A stretch of DNA of 64,000 bases. It comes from an uncultured Elusimicrobia bacterium. Its GTDB lineage: Bacteria > Elusimicrobiota > Elusimicrobia > UBA1565 > UBA9628. The stretch is taken from positions 14,301 to 78,300 of the forward strand of contig CAZIBN010000002.1 of assembly GCA_964537395.1 (NCBI GenBank). The letters are read 5' to 3'. Below are positions 44,120-53,641 of the stretch, one piece after another (the stretch's first letter is position 1; every line of letters starts with the position of its first letter). The notes beneath the pieces are model-generated. The model saw only the letters and a list, made by a program, of their open reading frames with translations, searched no databases and had not been told where the DNA came from. Both the position numbers and the translations under genes were made by a program.

Positions 44120-45773
44120 GCGTGTCGCGAAGACCTCTCCGTGGCTCTGGGCCCTGCTGGCCGCGGCGGCCTTGGCCGTGGGGCTGCGCTTCACGGCGAT
44201 CGGCTATGGTTTGCCTCACACCTACAACGCCGACGAGCCCCATGTCATCAATATGGCCGTGTCCTTCGGCGGCGGCAGCCTGCGCCCGCACTCGTTCAAG
44301 TATCCGACGCTGTGGCCGACCTTGCTCGCCGGCCTTTACGGCCTCTGGTTCGCGATCTGGTCGGTGTTCGGCCTGCGCAAGAGCCCGCTCGACTTCGCCG
44401 CGTTGTATGGCTTCGCGCCGACCGGATTCTATCTGATCGCCCGGATGGCATCGGCGCTGGCCGCGCTCGCGGTGGTCGTCGTCGTGGCGCGCGCGGAGCG
44501 AAGCGGGGAGAACTCCTCGCGCTGGCCGTACGGCGCTCTGATCCTGGCTTTCGCGCCTGTGCTTGTCGACCTCGGCCACAGCGCCAAGCCCGACATGCTC
44601 ATGCTCCTGTTCATCTCGGGCGCGTGGGCCTGCGCTCTGCGCTTTCAGTCGGGCGGGGCGCGGGGATGGCTGTACGCCGCGGCGGCGCTCGTGGGCGCGG
44701 GCTGCTCGACGCAGTACACGGCGGCCCCGGCCGCGCTGCTCGTGCCGCTGGCCTGGCTTCTGCGCGACGGCGGAAGGCCGCGGTTCTCGTGGCTCCTCGA
44801 GGCGGCCCTGTTCGCCGCGGCGGCTTTCTTCATGGGTTCGCCCTACGTCGCCCTCGATTTCAGCCGCTTCGCCGCGAACTGGACCGACTACGGCGAGCTG
44901 AAGAACGCGCGTCTGCACGACGCCGCGGCCATGGCGAAGGCCGTGGCCTACAACCTCTGGACCTTCGGGGGCGAAGGCTCGCCCGCGGGCGCGGCCGCCA
45001 TCATAGGCCTCGGCGTGCTGCTGTGGAAGCGCACGCGCCGCGCGCTGTTCCTCGCAGTCCCCATCGCGGCGTATTTCGCGCTGCTGACCGCGAGCTTCGA
45101 CGGCGGGTGGCAGCGCTACATGCTCGGCATCTTCCCAGCCCTGGCGCTCCTGTCGAGCGAGGGCCTGGCACTCCTCGGAGGCGCCAGCCCCTGGAGGCGC
45201 GCCGCGCTCGCGGCACTCGTGGTGGCACCCGGGCTCTTCGTCTCCTGGCGCCTCGTCTCCGACCTCACCTTGCCCGACACGCGCGCCCAGGCCGAGGTCT
45301 GGATGAAGGCCAACGTGCCCGCGGGCGAAACGATCCTGCTCGACCAGCCGCACGCCTCGCCGCGCGCGACCCCATCGATGGAGCAGTGCCTGCACCTCGC
45401 CGAGCGCACGGCCGCGGCCGGCTCTCCGCGCGCGCGGCTGTGGCGCGCGATGGCGCAGCGCCATCCGGGCGGCGGCTGGAGAATCTACCGCGTCCAGCGC
45501 TCGGCGGCCGACCTCTTCTCCTGGCCGAAGGAGGTTGCCGCATCGCAGGCCGACTCCGACTTTCTCGACGTGCGCCCCGGCCTCGATCCGGTGCGCGCCG
45601 TGCGCGCGGGCTGGGTCGTGACCTCGAGCTTCGGGGCCGACCCGCGCCGCGCGCGGGAGCTCGCCACCTTCTTCTCCGAGCTCGCCGCCGGCGCGGAGCT
45701 CGTGAAGGAATTCCCTTCGGTGCCGGGCAAGACGGCGGGGCCGTGGCTGCGCATCTGGAAGCTGCCGCGCTAA
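44112..45773 (+). CDS. GT-C fold membrane glycosyltransferase (GT39/ArnT/PMT-like)
   Basis: ATG at 44112 (the track uses TTG at 44109), 553 aa. About 11 TM helices, a first-loop YNADEPHV (DE motif), and a soluble C-terminal domain. Confidence 0.55.
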   Translation: MRKRVAKTSPWLWALLAAAALAVGLRFTAIGYGLPHTYNADEPHVINMAVSFGGGSLRPHSFKYPTLWPTLLAGLYGLWFAIWSVFGLRKSPLDFAALYGFAPTGFYLIARMASALAALAVVVVVARAERSGENSSRWPYGALILAFAPVLVDLGHSAKPDMLMLLFISGAWACALRFQSGGARGWLYAAAALVGAGCSTQYTAAPAALLVPLAWLLRDGGRPRFSWLLEAALFAAAAFFMGSPYVALDFSRFAANWTDYGELKNARLHDAAAMAKAVAYNLWTFGGEGSPAGAAAIIGLGVLLWKRTRRALFLAVPIAAYFALLTASFDGGWQRYMLGIFPALALLSSEGLALLGGASPWRRAALAALVVAPGLFVSWRLVSDLTLPDTRAQAEVWMKANVPAGETILLDQPHASPRATPSMEQCLHLAERTAAAGSPRARLWRAMAQRHPGGGWRIYRVQRSAADLFSWPKEVAASQADSDFLDVRPGLDPVRAVRAGWVVTSSFGADPRRARELATFFSELAAGAELVKEFPSVPGKTAGPWLRIWKLPR

Positions 45774-45783
45774 ATGGCCTGAT

Positions 45784-45793
45784 TTTCCGGAAA
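45784..45793. promoter_or_regulatory. Palindrome TTTCCGGAAA, 17 nt upstream of the GT2 ATG
   Basis: Identical to the core of the 38340-38355 palindrome. It lies in a 36-nt intergenic gap with no Shine-Dalgarno sequence, followed by TAAGAT (45797-45802). Confidence 0.35.
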
Positions 45794-45809
45794 TGATAAG
45801 ATTACGCCC

Positions 45810-46970
45810 ATGAACGAGACCTTGTCGATCGTCATTCCCGCGTATAACGAGGAAGACTCTGTCGACGATATTTTAAAGCGCTGCCTCGACGCCCGAGCCG
45901 TGCTGATGCGGGACGCCGGCCTTTCCGCCGTGGACGTCGTCCTTGTCGACGATGGCTCCCGCGACAAGACGCAGGAAAAGGCCCGGCGCTGGAACGAGGT
46001 CAAGCTCGTCGTCCATGAGAAGAACAAGGGCTACGGCGCCGCGCTGATGACCGGCTTCCGCGCCTCCTCCGGAGATTATCTGTCGTTCCTCGACGCCGAC
46101 GGCACCTGCGATCCGCTCGCCTTCGCCGGCCTCATCCAGGCGCTCCGGCGGGAGGATGCTGATATGGCCGTGGGCGCGCGCCTGCATGCCGCCTCCTCCA
46201 TGCCCGCCATCCGCGCCTTCGGCAATCGCCTCTACGCGCTGCTTCTGCGCAGCCTGACCGGGGTGCGCATGACCGACACCGCGAGCGGCATGCGCGTGTT
46301 CAAGCGCGCCCTCCTGCCGCGCCTCGCACCCCTGCCGACGGGCCTGCACTTCACGCCGGCGATGACCGCGCGTGTCGCCTGCATGGGCGCCACCCTCGTG
46401 GAGCATCCGATCCCCTATTCCGACCGGGTCGGCCAGTCGAAGCTCTCCGTCCTGCAGGACGGCGTGCGCTTCCTCCGCGTGATCCTCGGCACCGTCTTCG
46501 CCTATTTCCCGATGCGGGTGTTCGCCCCTTTGGCCGCCGTATGCCTCGTGGTCGCGGCCGGCCTGGCCTACACGCCCGCGAGCGTCTACCTCCGCGGCTT
46601 CGGGCTCGAGGACGACATGATCTACCGTCTGCTCACGGTGCTGACCTTGTCCGCGTGCGGCACGATCTTCGCGGCGATCGGCCTGCTCGCGCAGAAGGCC
46701 TCGAACACGGCCCTCGGACGGCCCGCCTCGTGGCTCGATCGTCCGCGCGTGCGCGAGACGGCGGGCGCGGCCGGCGGCGCGCTGTGGCTGATCGGAGCCG
46801 GGGTCAACTGGCCGACCGTCGTCGAGTACGCGCGGACCGCGCACATCACGCGCCACTGGGGCTGGGTGCTCGCCGGCGCGATCGCGGTCATCTGCGGCAC
46901 CGTGCTCGTCTCGCTCTCGATCGCGCTCGGCGCCTTCGCGCACCTTCCGACGCGGGAGGACGCTCCGTGA
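45810..46970 (+). CDS. GT2 polyprenol-phosphate sugar synthase-like protein (GtrB/ArnC-like) with four C-terminal TM helices
   Basis: 386 aa. LSIVIPAYNEE, LVDDGSRDKT, LDADGT, then a hydrophobic C-terminal third. Confidence 0.75.
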   Translation: MNETLSIVIPAYNEEDSVDDILKRCLDARAVLMRDAGLSAVDVVLVDDGSRDKTQEKARRWNEVKLVVHEKNKGYGAALMTGFRASSGDYLSFLDADGTCDPLAFAGLIQALRREDADMAVGARLHAASSMPAIRAFGNRLYALLLRSLTGVRMTDTASGMRVFKRALLPRLAPLPTGLHFTPAMTARVACMGATLVEHPIPYSDRVGQSKLSVLQDGVRFLRVILGTVFAYFPMRVFAPLAAVCLVVAAGLAYTPASVYLRGFGLEDDMIYRLLTVLTLSACGTIFAAIGLLAQKASNTALGRPASWLDRPRVRETAGAAGGALWLIGAGVNWPTVVEYARTAHITRHWGWVLAGAIAVICGTVLVSLSIALGAFAHLPTREDAP

Positions 46971-47953
46971 GCTTCTGGGACCGCAAGAAGGTCCTCGTCA
47001 CCGGCGGCGGCGGCTTCATCGGCAGCCACGTCGTCGAACAGCTGCTGAGAAGGCACAGGGAGGTCCGTGTCACCGTGGCCGGGCGCATGAGCAAGGAGAA
47101 CAAGCGCAATCTCTCCGAGGTCCTGCGCAATCCCTATCTGCGCATGATCAAGGGCGACCTGCGTAATCCTATTTTCTGCCGCCGCGCCTGCAAGGGCCAG
47201 GACGTCGTGCTCAACGTCGCCGGCGTCGTGGGCGGAGTGGGCTACAACAGCAAGCACCATGGCAGCCTGTTCCGCGACAACATGACCTTGCAGCTCAACG
47301 TGATCGAAGCCGCGCGGCTGGAGAACGTCGCGCGCTATCTTGTCGTGAGCACGGCCTGCGTCTATCCGCGCGTCTGCGAGATCCCGACTCCTGAGAGCGA
47401 GGGGTTTCGCGATGCACCGGAACTGACCAACCGCGGCTACGGCTGGTCCAAGCGCATGGGCGAGTATCTCGGCCAGGCCTACGCCGAGGAATTCGGCATG
47501 AGTGTGGCTATCGTCCGGCCGTACAACGCGTACGGCCCGCGCGACCACTTCGACCCCGAGAAATCCCACGTCATCGCCGCCTTGGTCCGCCGCGTCTGCG
47601 AGGGGGAGAGCCCGCTGAAGGTCTGGGGCGACGGCAAGACCACCCGCGCGTTCCTCTACGTGGACGACTTCGCGCGCGGCCTGCTCGACGTGGCCGAGAA
47701 GTATCCGAAGGCAGACCCGGTGAACATCGGTTCGTCGCAAGAGGTCTCGGTCAAGGACCTGGCCAAGGCGGTTTTGCGGGCGGCCGGTGCCGAGGAAACC
47801 AAGCTCATATTCGATCCATCAAAACCCTCGGGACAGCCCCGAAGGGCATGCGACACGACGAAGTCCCGCAAGGTCCTCGGCTTCAAGGCCGAGATCGGCT
47901 TGGACGAAGGCCTGCGGCGCACGATTGCCTGGTACCGGGAGAACCTGCAGTGA
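46967..47953 (+). CDS. NAD-dependent sugar epimerase/dehydratase (extended SDR)
   Basis: GTG start at 46967 (GTGA overlap), 328 aa. VLVTGGGGFIGSH and the catalytic YGWSK. The track ORF from 46541 is an off-frame-like extension overlapping the previous gene. Confidence 0.8.
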   Translation: MSFWDRKKVLVTGGGGFIGSHVVEQLLRRHREVRVTVAGRMSKENKRNLSEVLRNPYLRMIKGDLRNPIFCRRACKGQDVVLNVAGVVGGVGYNSKHHGSLFRDNMTLQLNVIEAARLENVARYLVVSTACVYPRVCEIPTPESEGFRDAPELTNRGYGWSKRMGEYLGQAYAEEFGMSVAIVRPYNAYGPRDHFDPEKSHVIAALVRRVCEGESPLKVWGDGKTTRAFLYVDDFARGLLDVAEKYPKADPVNIGSSQEVSVKDLAKAVLRAAGAEETKLIFDPSKPSGQPRRACDTTKSRKVLGFKAEIGLDEGLRRTIAWYRENLQ

Positions 47954-48690
47954 GAGGCAAGCGGCTGTTGGTCCTGCTCACCTTCAACGAGATCGAGGCC
48001 CTGCCCAAGATCTTCGACCGCCTTCCGCTCTCCGCGGCCGACGAGGTGATGGCCATCGACGGCGGCTCCAAGGACGGCACGGTCGAGTTCCTCGAGTCCA
48101 AGGGCTTGAAGGTCGTCACCCAGCCGCGCCGCGGCCGCGGCGTCGCCTTTCGCCTCGCCCTCGAGCTGACGGACGCGGAGACGATCTGCTACTACAGCCC
48201 CGACGGCAACGAGGACCCCGCCGATATCCCCAAGATATTCGAGAAGATCGAGGCGGAAGGCCAGGACCTCGTCGTCGCCTCGCGCATGATGAAGGGCGCC
48301 TACAACGAGGAGGACATCCACTGGTTCCGACCGCGCAAATGGGTCAACCAGCTCTTCACCTTGGCTGCCAACCTGCTCTGGAACCGCGGCCCGTACGTCG
48401 AGGACACGATCAACGGCTTTCGCGCCGTGCGCGCTGAGTCGCTGCGGCGCTGCGCCTGTGATGCCGACGGCTTTCCCATCGAATACCAGATGTCGATCCG
48501 CATGATGAAATTGAATTTCGTGATAGGGGAGATGCCGACGCACGAATACCCGCGTCTCGGCGGCCAGAGCACCGCTGAGTCCTGGCCCACCGGGGTCATC
48601 TTCGTCAAAACCCTCCTGCGCGAGATGTCGATGGGACGCCGCGTGACCGCGGCCGATGACGAAAAGGTAGAATTGACCCCCCATGGCTGA
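47950..48690 (+). CDS. GT2-family glycosyltransferase (DPM1-like)
   Basis: GTG start at 47950 (GTGA overlap), 246 aa. LLVLLTFNE, AIDGGSKDGT, YSPDGNEDP, ASRMMKG. Confidence 0.65.
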   Translation: MRGKRLLVLLTFNEIEALPKIFDRLPLSAADEVMAIDGGSKDGTVEFLESKGLKVVTQPRRGRGVAFRLALELTDAETICYYSPDGNEDPADIPKIFEKIEAEGQDLVVASRMMKGAYNEEDIHWFRPRKWVNQLFTLAANLLWNRGPYVEDTINGFRAVRAESLRRCACDADGFPIEYQMSIRMMKLNFVIGEMPTHEYPRLGGQSTAESWPTGVIFVKTLLREMSMGRRVTAADDEKVELTPHG

Positions 48691-51274
48691 CCTACGCCGC
48701 GAACAGCGCGCAGACGCGGAAACCTTCGCCCACCGGGCGATCATCACCTGGCTTCCGCTCCTCTACCTGCTCATCTCCTCGCTCTTCTTCCTGCGCACCT
48801 ACGATTCCGCGCAGGTGAAGATCTCGATGATGCAGATGGGCGGCCTGGGCCTGCTGACGATGTGGCTCGTGCGCCTGGCCGTCGCCGGCCGCCACGCGCT
48901 CAATCGGGAAGACCTCGTCTGCCTTTCGCCTTTCCTCGCCTACCTCTTCTGGGGCGTGTTCTCCTACATGAAGGCGCCGTATCATATGTCGTCCACCGAT
49001 TTTTTCCTGCGCCACTTGTTCTATATGATCGCGGCGCTGATCACGATCTACGAGTTCGACGAGGCCGCCATCGCGCGCCTGTTCAAGGTCATGATCTGGA
49101 CCGCGTGGATCGCGATCGGCTACGGCGCCCTGCAGTTCGTGGACAATTCGATGTTCCCGGTCGGGCCCGGCAAGGGCATCGACCCGTTCGTCTGGCGCGG
49201 CGCGTTTTCCGACCGTGTGTTCTCGACGTACGGCAACCCCAACTTCTACGGCGACTACCTCGTCATCATGTTCCCGATCCTGCTCACGCAGTGGTTCAAG
49301 ACGCGGAGGTGGAGCCTGGTCGTCCTCATCGGCCTGCTCCTGCTCAGCCTCATCAAGACGGGGACCAAGGGCGCGTGGCTCGGCTTTGCGATGGTGTGCT
49401 TCGTCTTCGGCGTGATCGCCCTTGTGTTCTTTCCCGAGCAGAGCAAGCCTTACCGTAAGCGCCTGCTGGGCGTCGTCGGCGGCCTGGTGCTGGCCTTCGT
49501 CGGCTACACGGCCAAGGATCTGAGCGGACGCGTCGTCTCGATCAACTTCCGCCTGTTCACCTGGGAAGCGACCTGGGAGATGATCCGCACCAATCCCTGG
49601 ACCGGCTCGGGCGTAGGTTCCTTCCCGCCGCTTTACCCGGCCTTCCGCCGCCCCGCGATCTTCCACATCGAGGGCAAGCACAACACGGAGACCGATCACG
49701 CCGAGAACGAGTATCTGGAGCAGTTCTTCGACAACGGCATCCTGGGCTTCGGCATCTTCATCTGGCTCATCCTGAGCACCTTGGTCGTGGGCTTCCGCTC
49801 GCTCGGGCAGCTCACGACGACGGCCATGCTCAAGGACGGGCGCCCGCCGCCGCGCGCCTTCGACCTGATCGGCGTGATCGTCTCGTTCATGGGCATGCTC
49901 GGGCACAACTGCTTCGACGTGAGCCTGCGCTTCGTGTCATCGGGCGTCTACCTGGGGCTGCTGTCGGGCCTCATCGTCAATGTCGCGCGCGGCAAGGCGC
50001 TCTATGAGCTCCACGCGCGCGAGGCGGCGCCGGCCGCCGACCCCGCCGAAGCGTCTTCGCTGTGGGCGACGTTATCGGAGATGCTGATCTGGCCGCTGCG
50101 GCTCGCCGCGGCCGGCGGCGTTCTCTATCTCGCTTTCTTCAAGGATTGGTCCCTGTTCAAGATGCTCCCGTTCGCGGGCATGTTCGGCGAGTTCTGCATG
50201 CTCCAGGGCCCGCTTTCGCGCGTGCCGGGCGGCGGCGAGCTTCTGCAGTGGTGGCTCGCCTGGGGCGTCTTCGGCGGCTGCATGCTCTGGCTCGGCTGGG
50301 TCATGATCCGCCTGTGCATCCTCTCCGAGAATCCCGTCGTTCCGTTGATCGTGCTCGCGATGCTCGCGCCGCTGTACCAGTTCTGGGGCTACTTCAAGGC
50401 CGATATCCACCACAACGTGGCCATCTACTTCTCCAAAGAGCGCCAGTGGGAGCCCGCCGTCGGCAACTATCTGATCGTCAACAAGCTCAACCCTGACTTC
50501 GTGATGTCGAAGTACTTCTTGGGTAATGTTTTTAACGACCGCTTCAACATGACGAAGGCGTATCTGCCGAACTGGGGCGACACCGGGAACGTCCCGCACG
50601 ACGACTACGAGCGCGCGATGTACTGGTACGAGGAAGTCCGTAAGCTCGCGCCGAACTACGTGCAGATGCATCATCAGATCGGCAACCTGCATCTGCGCCG
50701 CGCCGAATGGGCGACCAACAACGGCCGCCCCGAGGAAGCCCAGAAGTATCTCGATCTGGCGCTCATGCGCTTCAAGTTCTACAACCAGATCGACCCTGTC
50801 TTCGCGCCGAACTTCTACCGCACGGCGCAGATCCACATGATCCGCAAGGAGTACGCCCTCGCGGTGAAGACCTACCAGGCCCTCATCGACGCGCAGGGCT
50901 GCGCTGTGGAGCCGTCCTTGCTCGCCAAGCCGTGGCTGAGAAGCACCATCCTCTCGTATCAGAGCTACGAAGAGCTGGACGGCCTGTGGGCCCATCACCA
51001 TGTCGGTCGCGCCCGGCCGCGGGAGTCCGCGGAGGCCTACACGAGCATGGCCAACGCCCTGTTCATGGACAACCTCTTCCTGGAGGCTGAGCAGGCATAT
51101 CGTATCGCGCTCTCCTACGACCAGAACTTCGACATGGCCAAAAAGAACCTCGAGGTCACCTATCGCCGTGCGCAGGCCGACGGCCGTCTCAAGCCCTTCA
51201 TCGTGCCGGCCGGCACGGTGATCATCCCCGGCAAGCCTGTCCCGACCGGCTGGACGATCGCTCCCAAGAAGTAG
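48683..51274 (+). CDS. O-antigen ligase/polymerase-like (Wzy_C) membrane protein fused to C-terminal TPR repeats
   Basis: 863 aa. More than 12 TM helices. Loop NPWTGSGVGSF...TDHAENEYLEQFFDNGILG, typical of the family. The C-terminal ~300 aa carry TPR-like repeats. Confidence 0.65.
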   Translation: MADLRREQRADAETFAHRAIITWLPLLYLLISSLFFLRTYDSAQVKISMMQMGGLGLLTMWLVRLAVAGRHALNREDLVCLSPFLAYLFWGVFSYMKAPYHMSSTDFFLRHLFYMIAALITIYEFDEAAIARLFKVMIWTAWIAIGYGALQFVDNSMFPVGPGKGIDPFVWRGAFSDRVFSTYGNPNFYGDYLVIMFPILLTQWFKTRRWSLVVLIGLLLLSLIKTGTKGAWLGFAMVCFVFGVIALVFFPEQSKPYRKRLLGVVGGLVLAFVGYTAKDLSGRVVSINFRLFTWEATWEMIRTNPWTGSGVGSFPPLYPAFRRPAIFHIEGKHNTETDHAENEYLEQFFDNGILGFGIFIWLILSTLVVGFRSLGQLTTTAMLKDGRPPPRAFDLIGVIVSFMGMLGHNCFDVSLRFVSSGVYLGLLSGLIVNVARGKALYELHAREAAPAADPAEASSLWATLSEMLIWPLRLAAAGGVLYLAFFKDWSLFKMLPFAGMFGEFCMLQGPLSRVPGGGELLQWWLAWGVFGGCMLWLGWVMIRLCILSENPVVPLIVLAMLAPLYQFWGYFKADIHHNVAIYFSKERQWEPAVGNYLIVNKLNPDFVMSKYFLGNVFNDRFNMTKAYLPNWGDTGNVPHDDYERAMYWYEEVRKLAPNYVQMHHQIGNLHLRRAEWATNNGRPEEAQKYLDLALMRFKFYNQIDPVFAPNFYRTAQIHMIRKEYALAVKTYQALIDAQGCAVEPSLLAKPWLRSTILSYQSYEELDGLWAHHHVGRARPRESAEAYTSMANALFMDNLFLEAEQAYRIALSYDQNFDMAKKNLEVTYRRAQADGRLKPFIVPAGTVIIPGKPVPTGWTIAPKK

Positions 51275-51281
51275 GCCGCGC

Positions 51282-52310
51282 CTAGGCGCCGGCGGCGCGT
51301 TTCGCGCGCAGGAGCGCGTTCTCAGTCGCGATCAGCGGATCGATGAGGTCATAGACGGCACGCTTCTCCGCGCTTGCCAGGACGCGATGGTGGCGCACAG
51401 TGAGCCAGGACTTGCGCGCCTCTTTTGCCGCGGCCAGAAGCGGCGCGGGTACGAGCGTCGCTTTGTAAACGGGCATGCTCTTCGCCTCGTCTCCGAGTTC
51501 CTTGAGCAGGAATTCCCGGGCCTTTGCGGGCTGGAGATTCTTGACGAGATAAGAGGCGATCTCGCGCACGATCTTCTTTTTCTCGGCGGCGAGTATGTCG
51601 GGCGGCGTGCCGCCGGCGACGAGCGCGGCCATGCCTTCGGGGTACTCCTCGAGCCACTTGTGCGTGACCTGGCCCTCATGGATGCGGCGGACCGCCAGGC
51701 GCTCGTAGATCACACCCACCTCGACGCCGTCGGCGAGCATGCGCGCATAGAGCTCGTTGTCGAGGATGACCATGTCCGAGCGGTAATGGCCGTACTTTTT
51801 ATACAGCGCGCGCGGGATCGCGAGATTCGTCGTGAGGTACGGCAGGAACTCCTCACCGACGGCGTAGTGACCGGGGACCTTGCCTTCCTCGATATTCATC
51901 CCGGGCGGGAACGCGGTGCCGATCAGGCGATCGTAACGGTGCAGCCAGCCGTCCGAAAAAACAAATCCGGCCTGCGGGCGGGCCTTGAAGAATTCGGCGA
52001 ATTTCTCCAGACGATTCAGCGTCCAAAAGTCATCGGAGTCTATGTTCGTGATCCACGTCCCCGTCGCCATCTCCAGGGCCATGTTGCGGCAGGCCATGTT
52101 CCCGATGTTCTTCGGGACGCGGGTATACTTGAAGCGCGGATCCTTGGTCCAGCCCTTGATCATCTCCGGCGTCTCGTCCATGGACCCGTCGTCGACGATC
52201 AGGACCTCGTAATCGCCGCAGGTCTGGCGCAGGACGGTGGACAGGGCCCCGGGCAGCATATGCGCCCGGTTGTAGGTGGGGAGGACGATCGAAAAGAGAG
52301 GCTCGCCCAT
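51282..52310 (-). CDS. GT2-family glycosyltransferase
   Basis: ATG at 52310 (the track uses GTG at 52313), 342 aa. FSIVLPTYNR, IVDDGSMDET, IDSDD. Confidence 0.8.
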   Translation of the reverse strand: MGEPLFSIVLPTYNRAHMLPGALSTVLRQTCGDYEVLIVDDGSMDETPEMIKGWTKDPRFKYTRVPKNIGNMACRNMALEMATGTWITNIDSDDFWTLNRLEKFAEFFKARPQAGFVFSDGWLHRYDRLIGTAFPPGMNIEEGKVPGHYAVGEEFLPYLTTNLAIPRALYKKYGHYRSDMVILDNELYARMLADGVEVGVIYERLAVRRIHEGQVTHKWLEEYPEGMAALVAGGTPPDILAAEKKKIVREIASYLVKNLQPAKAREFLLKELGDEAKSMPVYKATLVPAPLLAAAKEARKSWLTVRHHRVLASAEKRAVYDLIDPLIATENALLRAKRAAGA

Positions 52311-52909
52311 CACGCCAGCAGAGCCTCGATCTTGCCGCTGATCTCCTTGCCGACGGGGTTGGCGTCGGGGCCGAAGCGGGCGACGACGAGCCCGTCCTTA
52401 TCGACGAGGAACTTGGAGAAGTTCCAGGGGATGTCGCCGTTGAATCCGGCCTCGGTCGTCAGGTACTTATATAAAGGATGGATCGCAGGGCCTTTTACGC
52501 TGATCTTCGAGTAGAGGTCGAAGGAGAGCGCGAACTTGGTCATGCAGAAGCTTTTGATGTCGGCGTCGGTGCCGGGCTCCTGAGCGCCGAACTCGTTGGC
52601 GGGGAAGGCCGCGATGCGCAAGCCCTTGCCTTGATACTTCTGGTACAGCGCCTCGAGGTCGGTGTATTGCGGGGTGAAGCCGCAAAGCGAGGCGGTGTTG
52701 ACGATGAGAAGAGGGTGGCCTTTGTATTTGGAGAGCTTGGTCGGCTTTCCGTCGATGCTCGTCATCTCGAATTCGTAGATGCGGCCCTTCGTTTTCTCAG
52801 CTTGCATCGTGTTCACCTCTGTTTTTTGGGAGAAGGTCGCCCCGGCGGCGAACACCGCCGAGGACAGGGCTAGCTTCGCCTTGCGCAGGATTTCCTTCAT
52901 GCCGGGCAT
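52310..52909 (-). CDS. gpx: Glutathione peroxidase (Cys-type), exported
   Basis: Core NTASLCGFTPQY...FPANEFGAQEPG...WNFSKFL, with an N-terminal signal-like segment. Start chosen at ATG 52909 (AAAGG 6 nt upstream). Alternative starts are 52900 and 52933. Confidence 0.85.
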   Translation of the reverse strand: MPGMKEILRKAKLALSSAVFAAGATFSQKTEVNTMQAEKTKGRIYEFEMTSIDGKPTKLSKYKGHPLLIVNTASLCGFTPQYTDLEALYQKYQGKGLRIAAFPANEFGAQEPGTDADIKSFCMTKFALSFDLYSKISVKGPAIHPLYKYLTTEAGFNGDIPWNFSKFLVDKDGLVVARFGPDANPVGKEISGKIEALLA

Positions 52910-52910
52910 T

Positions 52911-53567
52911 CTACCTTTCGTGCCGCTCTTCAAGCCACGGATCGGCCCGATTGTGGTAGCCTCGCGTCTCCCAGAACCCGGGCTTGTCGGCAGAGGCGAG
53001 CTCGAGGCCCCGCAGGAACTTCCCGGATTTCCACGCGTACAAGGTCGGTATCACCATGCGCATCGGCCCGCCGTGCTCGAGCGGCAGCGGGCTGCCGTCG
53101 AGCTCGTAGGCGAGGAGCGCGTCGGCCGTCGAGGCCTCGAGCAAAGAGGTGTTCGTCGTGTACTGCTCGGCGCAGTGCTGGATCACGAAGGCGGCGGCGG
53201 GCTTGGGGCGCACGAGCTTGAGCAGGTCGATCATCAGCACGCCGCCCCATCTCGCGTCCATCTTCGACCAGGTCGTGACGCAGTGGAAGTCGCTGACGCT
53301 GTCCGTCTTGGGGAGGGCCTGAAACTCCTTCCAGTTCAATGCGATCGGGTTCTCGACCTCACCCCACACCTTGAAGCTCCACTCCTTCTCGTCGAAGGGG
53401 GGATGGACGCCGAGGTCCAGCACGGGGAAGCCTTTGCTCCACGTCTGCCCCGGAGGCAGGCGATCGCGCCTCTGGGATTCGGATCGGGCGGCCTTGTCCT
53501 TCCTGAACCGCTCCAGCATCTTCGCCTTGGCGGCGATCATCTTCTCGTTGTACTTTGGAGTATCCAT
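52911..53567 (-). CDS. Molybdopterin-dependent oxidoreductase (sulfite oxidase/MsrP-like catalytic domain)
   Basis: 218 aa. DFHCVTTWS, LLAYELDGSPLPLEHGGPMRMVIP and GFWE motifs of the Oxidored_molyb family. No obvious signal peptide. Confidence 0.7.
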   Translation of the reverse strand: MDTPKYNEKMIAAKAKMLERFRKDKAARSESQRRDRLPPGQTWSKGFPVLDLGVHPPFDEKEWSFKVWGEVENPIALNWKEFQALPKTDSVSDFHCVTTWSKMDARWGGVLMIDLLKLVRPKPAAAFVIQHCAEQYTTNTSLLEASTADALLAYELDGSPLPLEHGGPMRMVIPTLYAWKSGKFLRGLELASADKPGFWETRGYHNRADPWLEERHER

Positions 53568-53641
53568 TGGTCCAGTGGTGTCAGGCTTATACTTACGCTA
53601 ATTGCTCGGGGCTTGAACCGGTGCGAGTTGAGTCGAATGCT

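Noticed and set aside
42272-44194. 640-aa minus-strand ORF
   Set aside because: Antisense to the radical SAM and GT2 genes. The same shadow-ORF composition.
44141-45796. 551-aa plus-strand ORF in an alternative frame of the GT39-like gene
   Set aside because: It is almost pure R/G/A/P, whereas the 44112..45773 frame gives a coherent polytopic membrane protein.
51272-51284. Palindrome TAGGCCGCGCCTA formed by the two convergent stop codons
   Set aside because: It is only 5-bp arms, created trivially by TAG and CTA plus a GC-rich spacer, and is too short to argue for function.
52310-52909. Selenocysteine recoding in glutathione peroxidase
   Set aside because: The active-site residue in NTASLCGFT is a Cys inside an uninterrupted ORF. 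There is no in-frame TGA.
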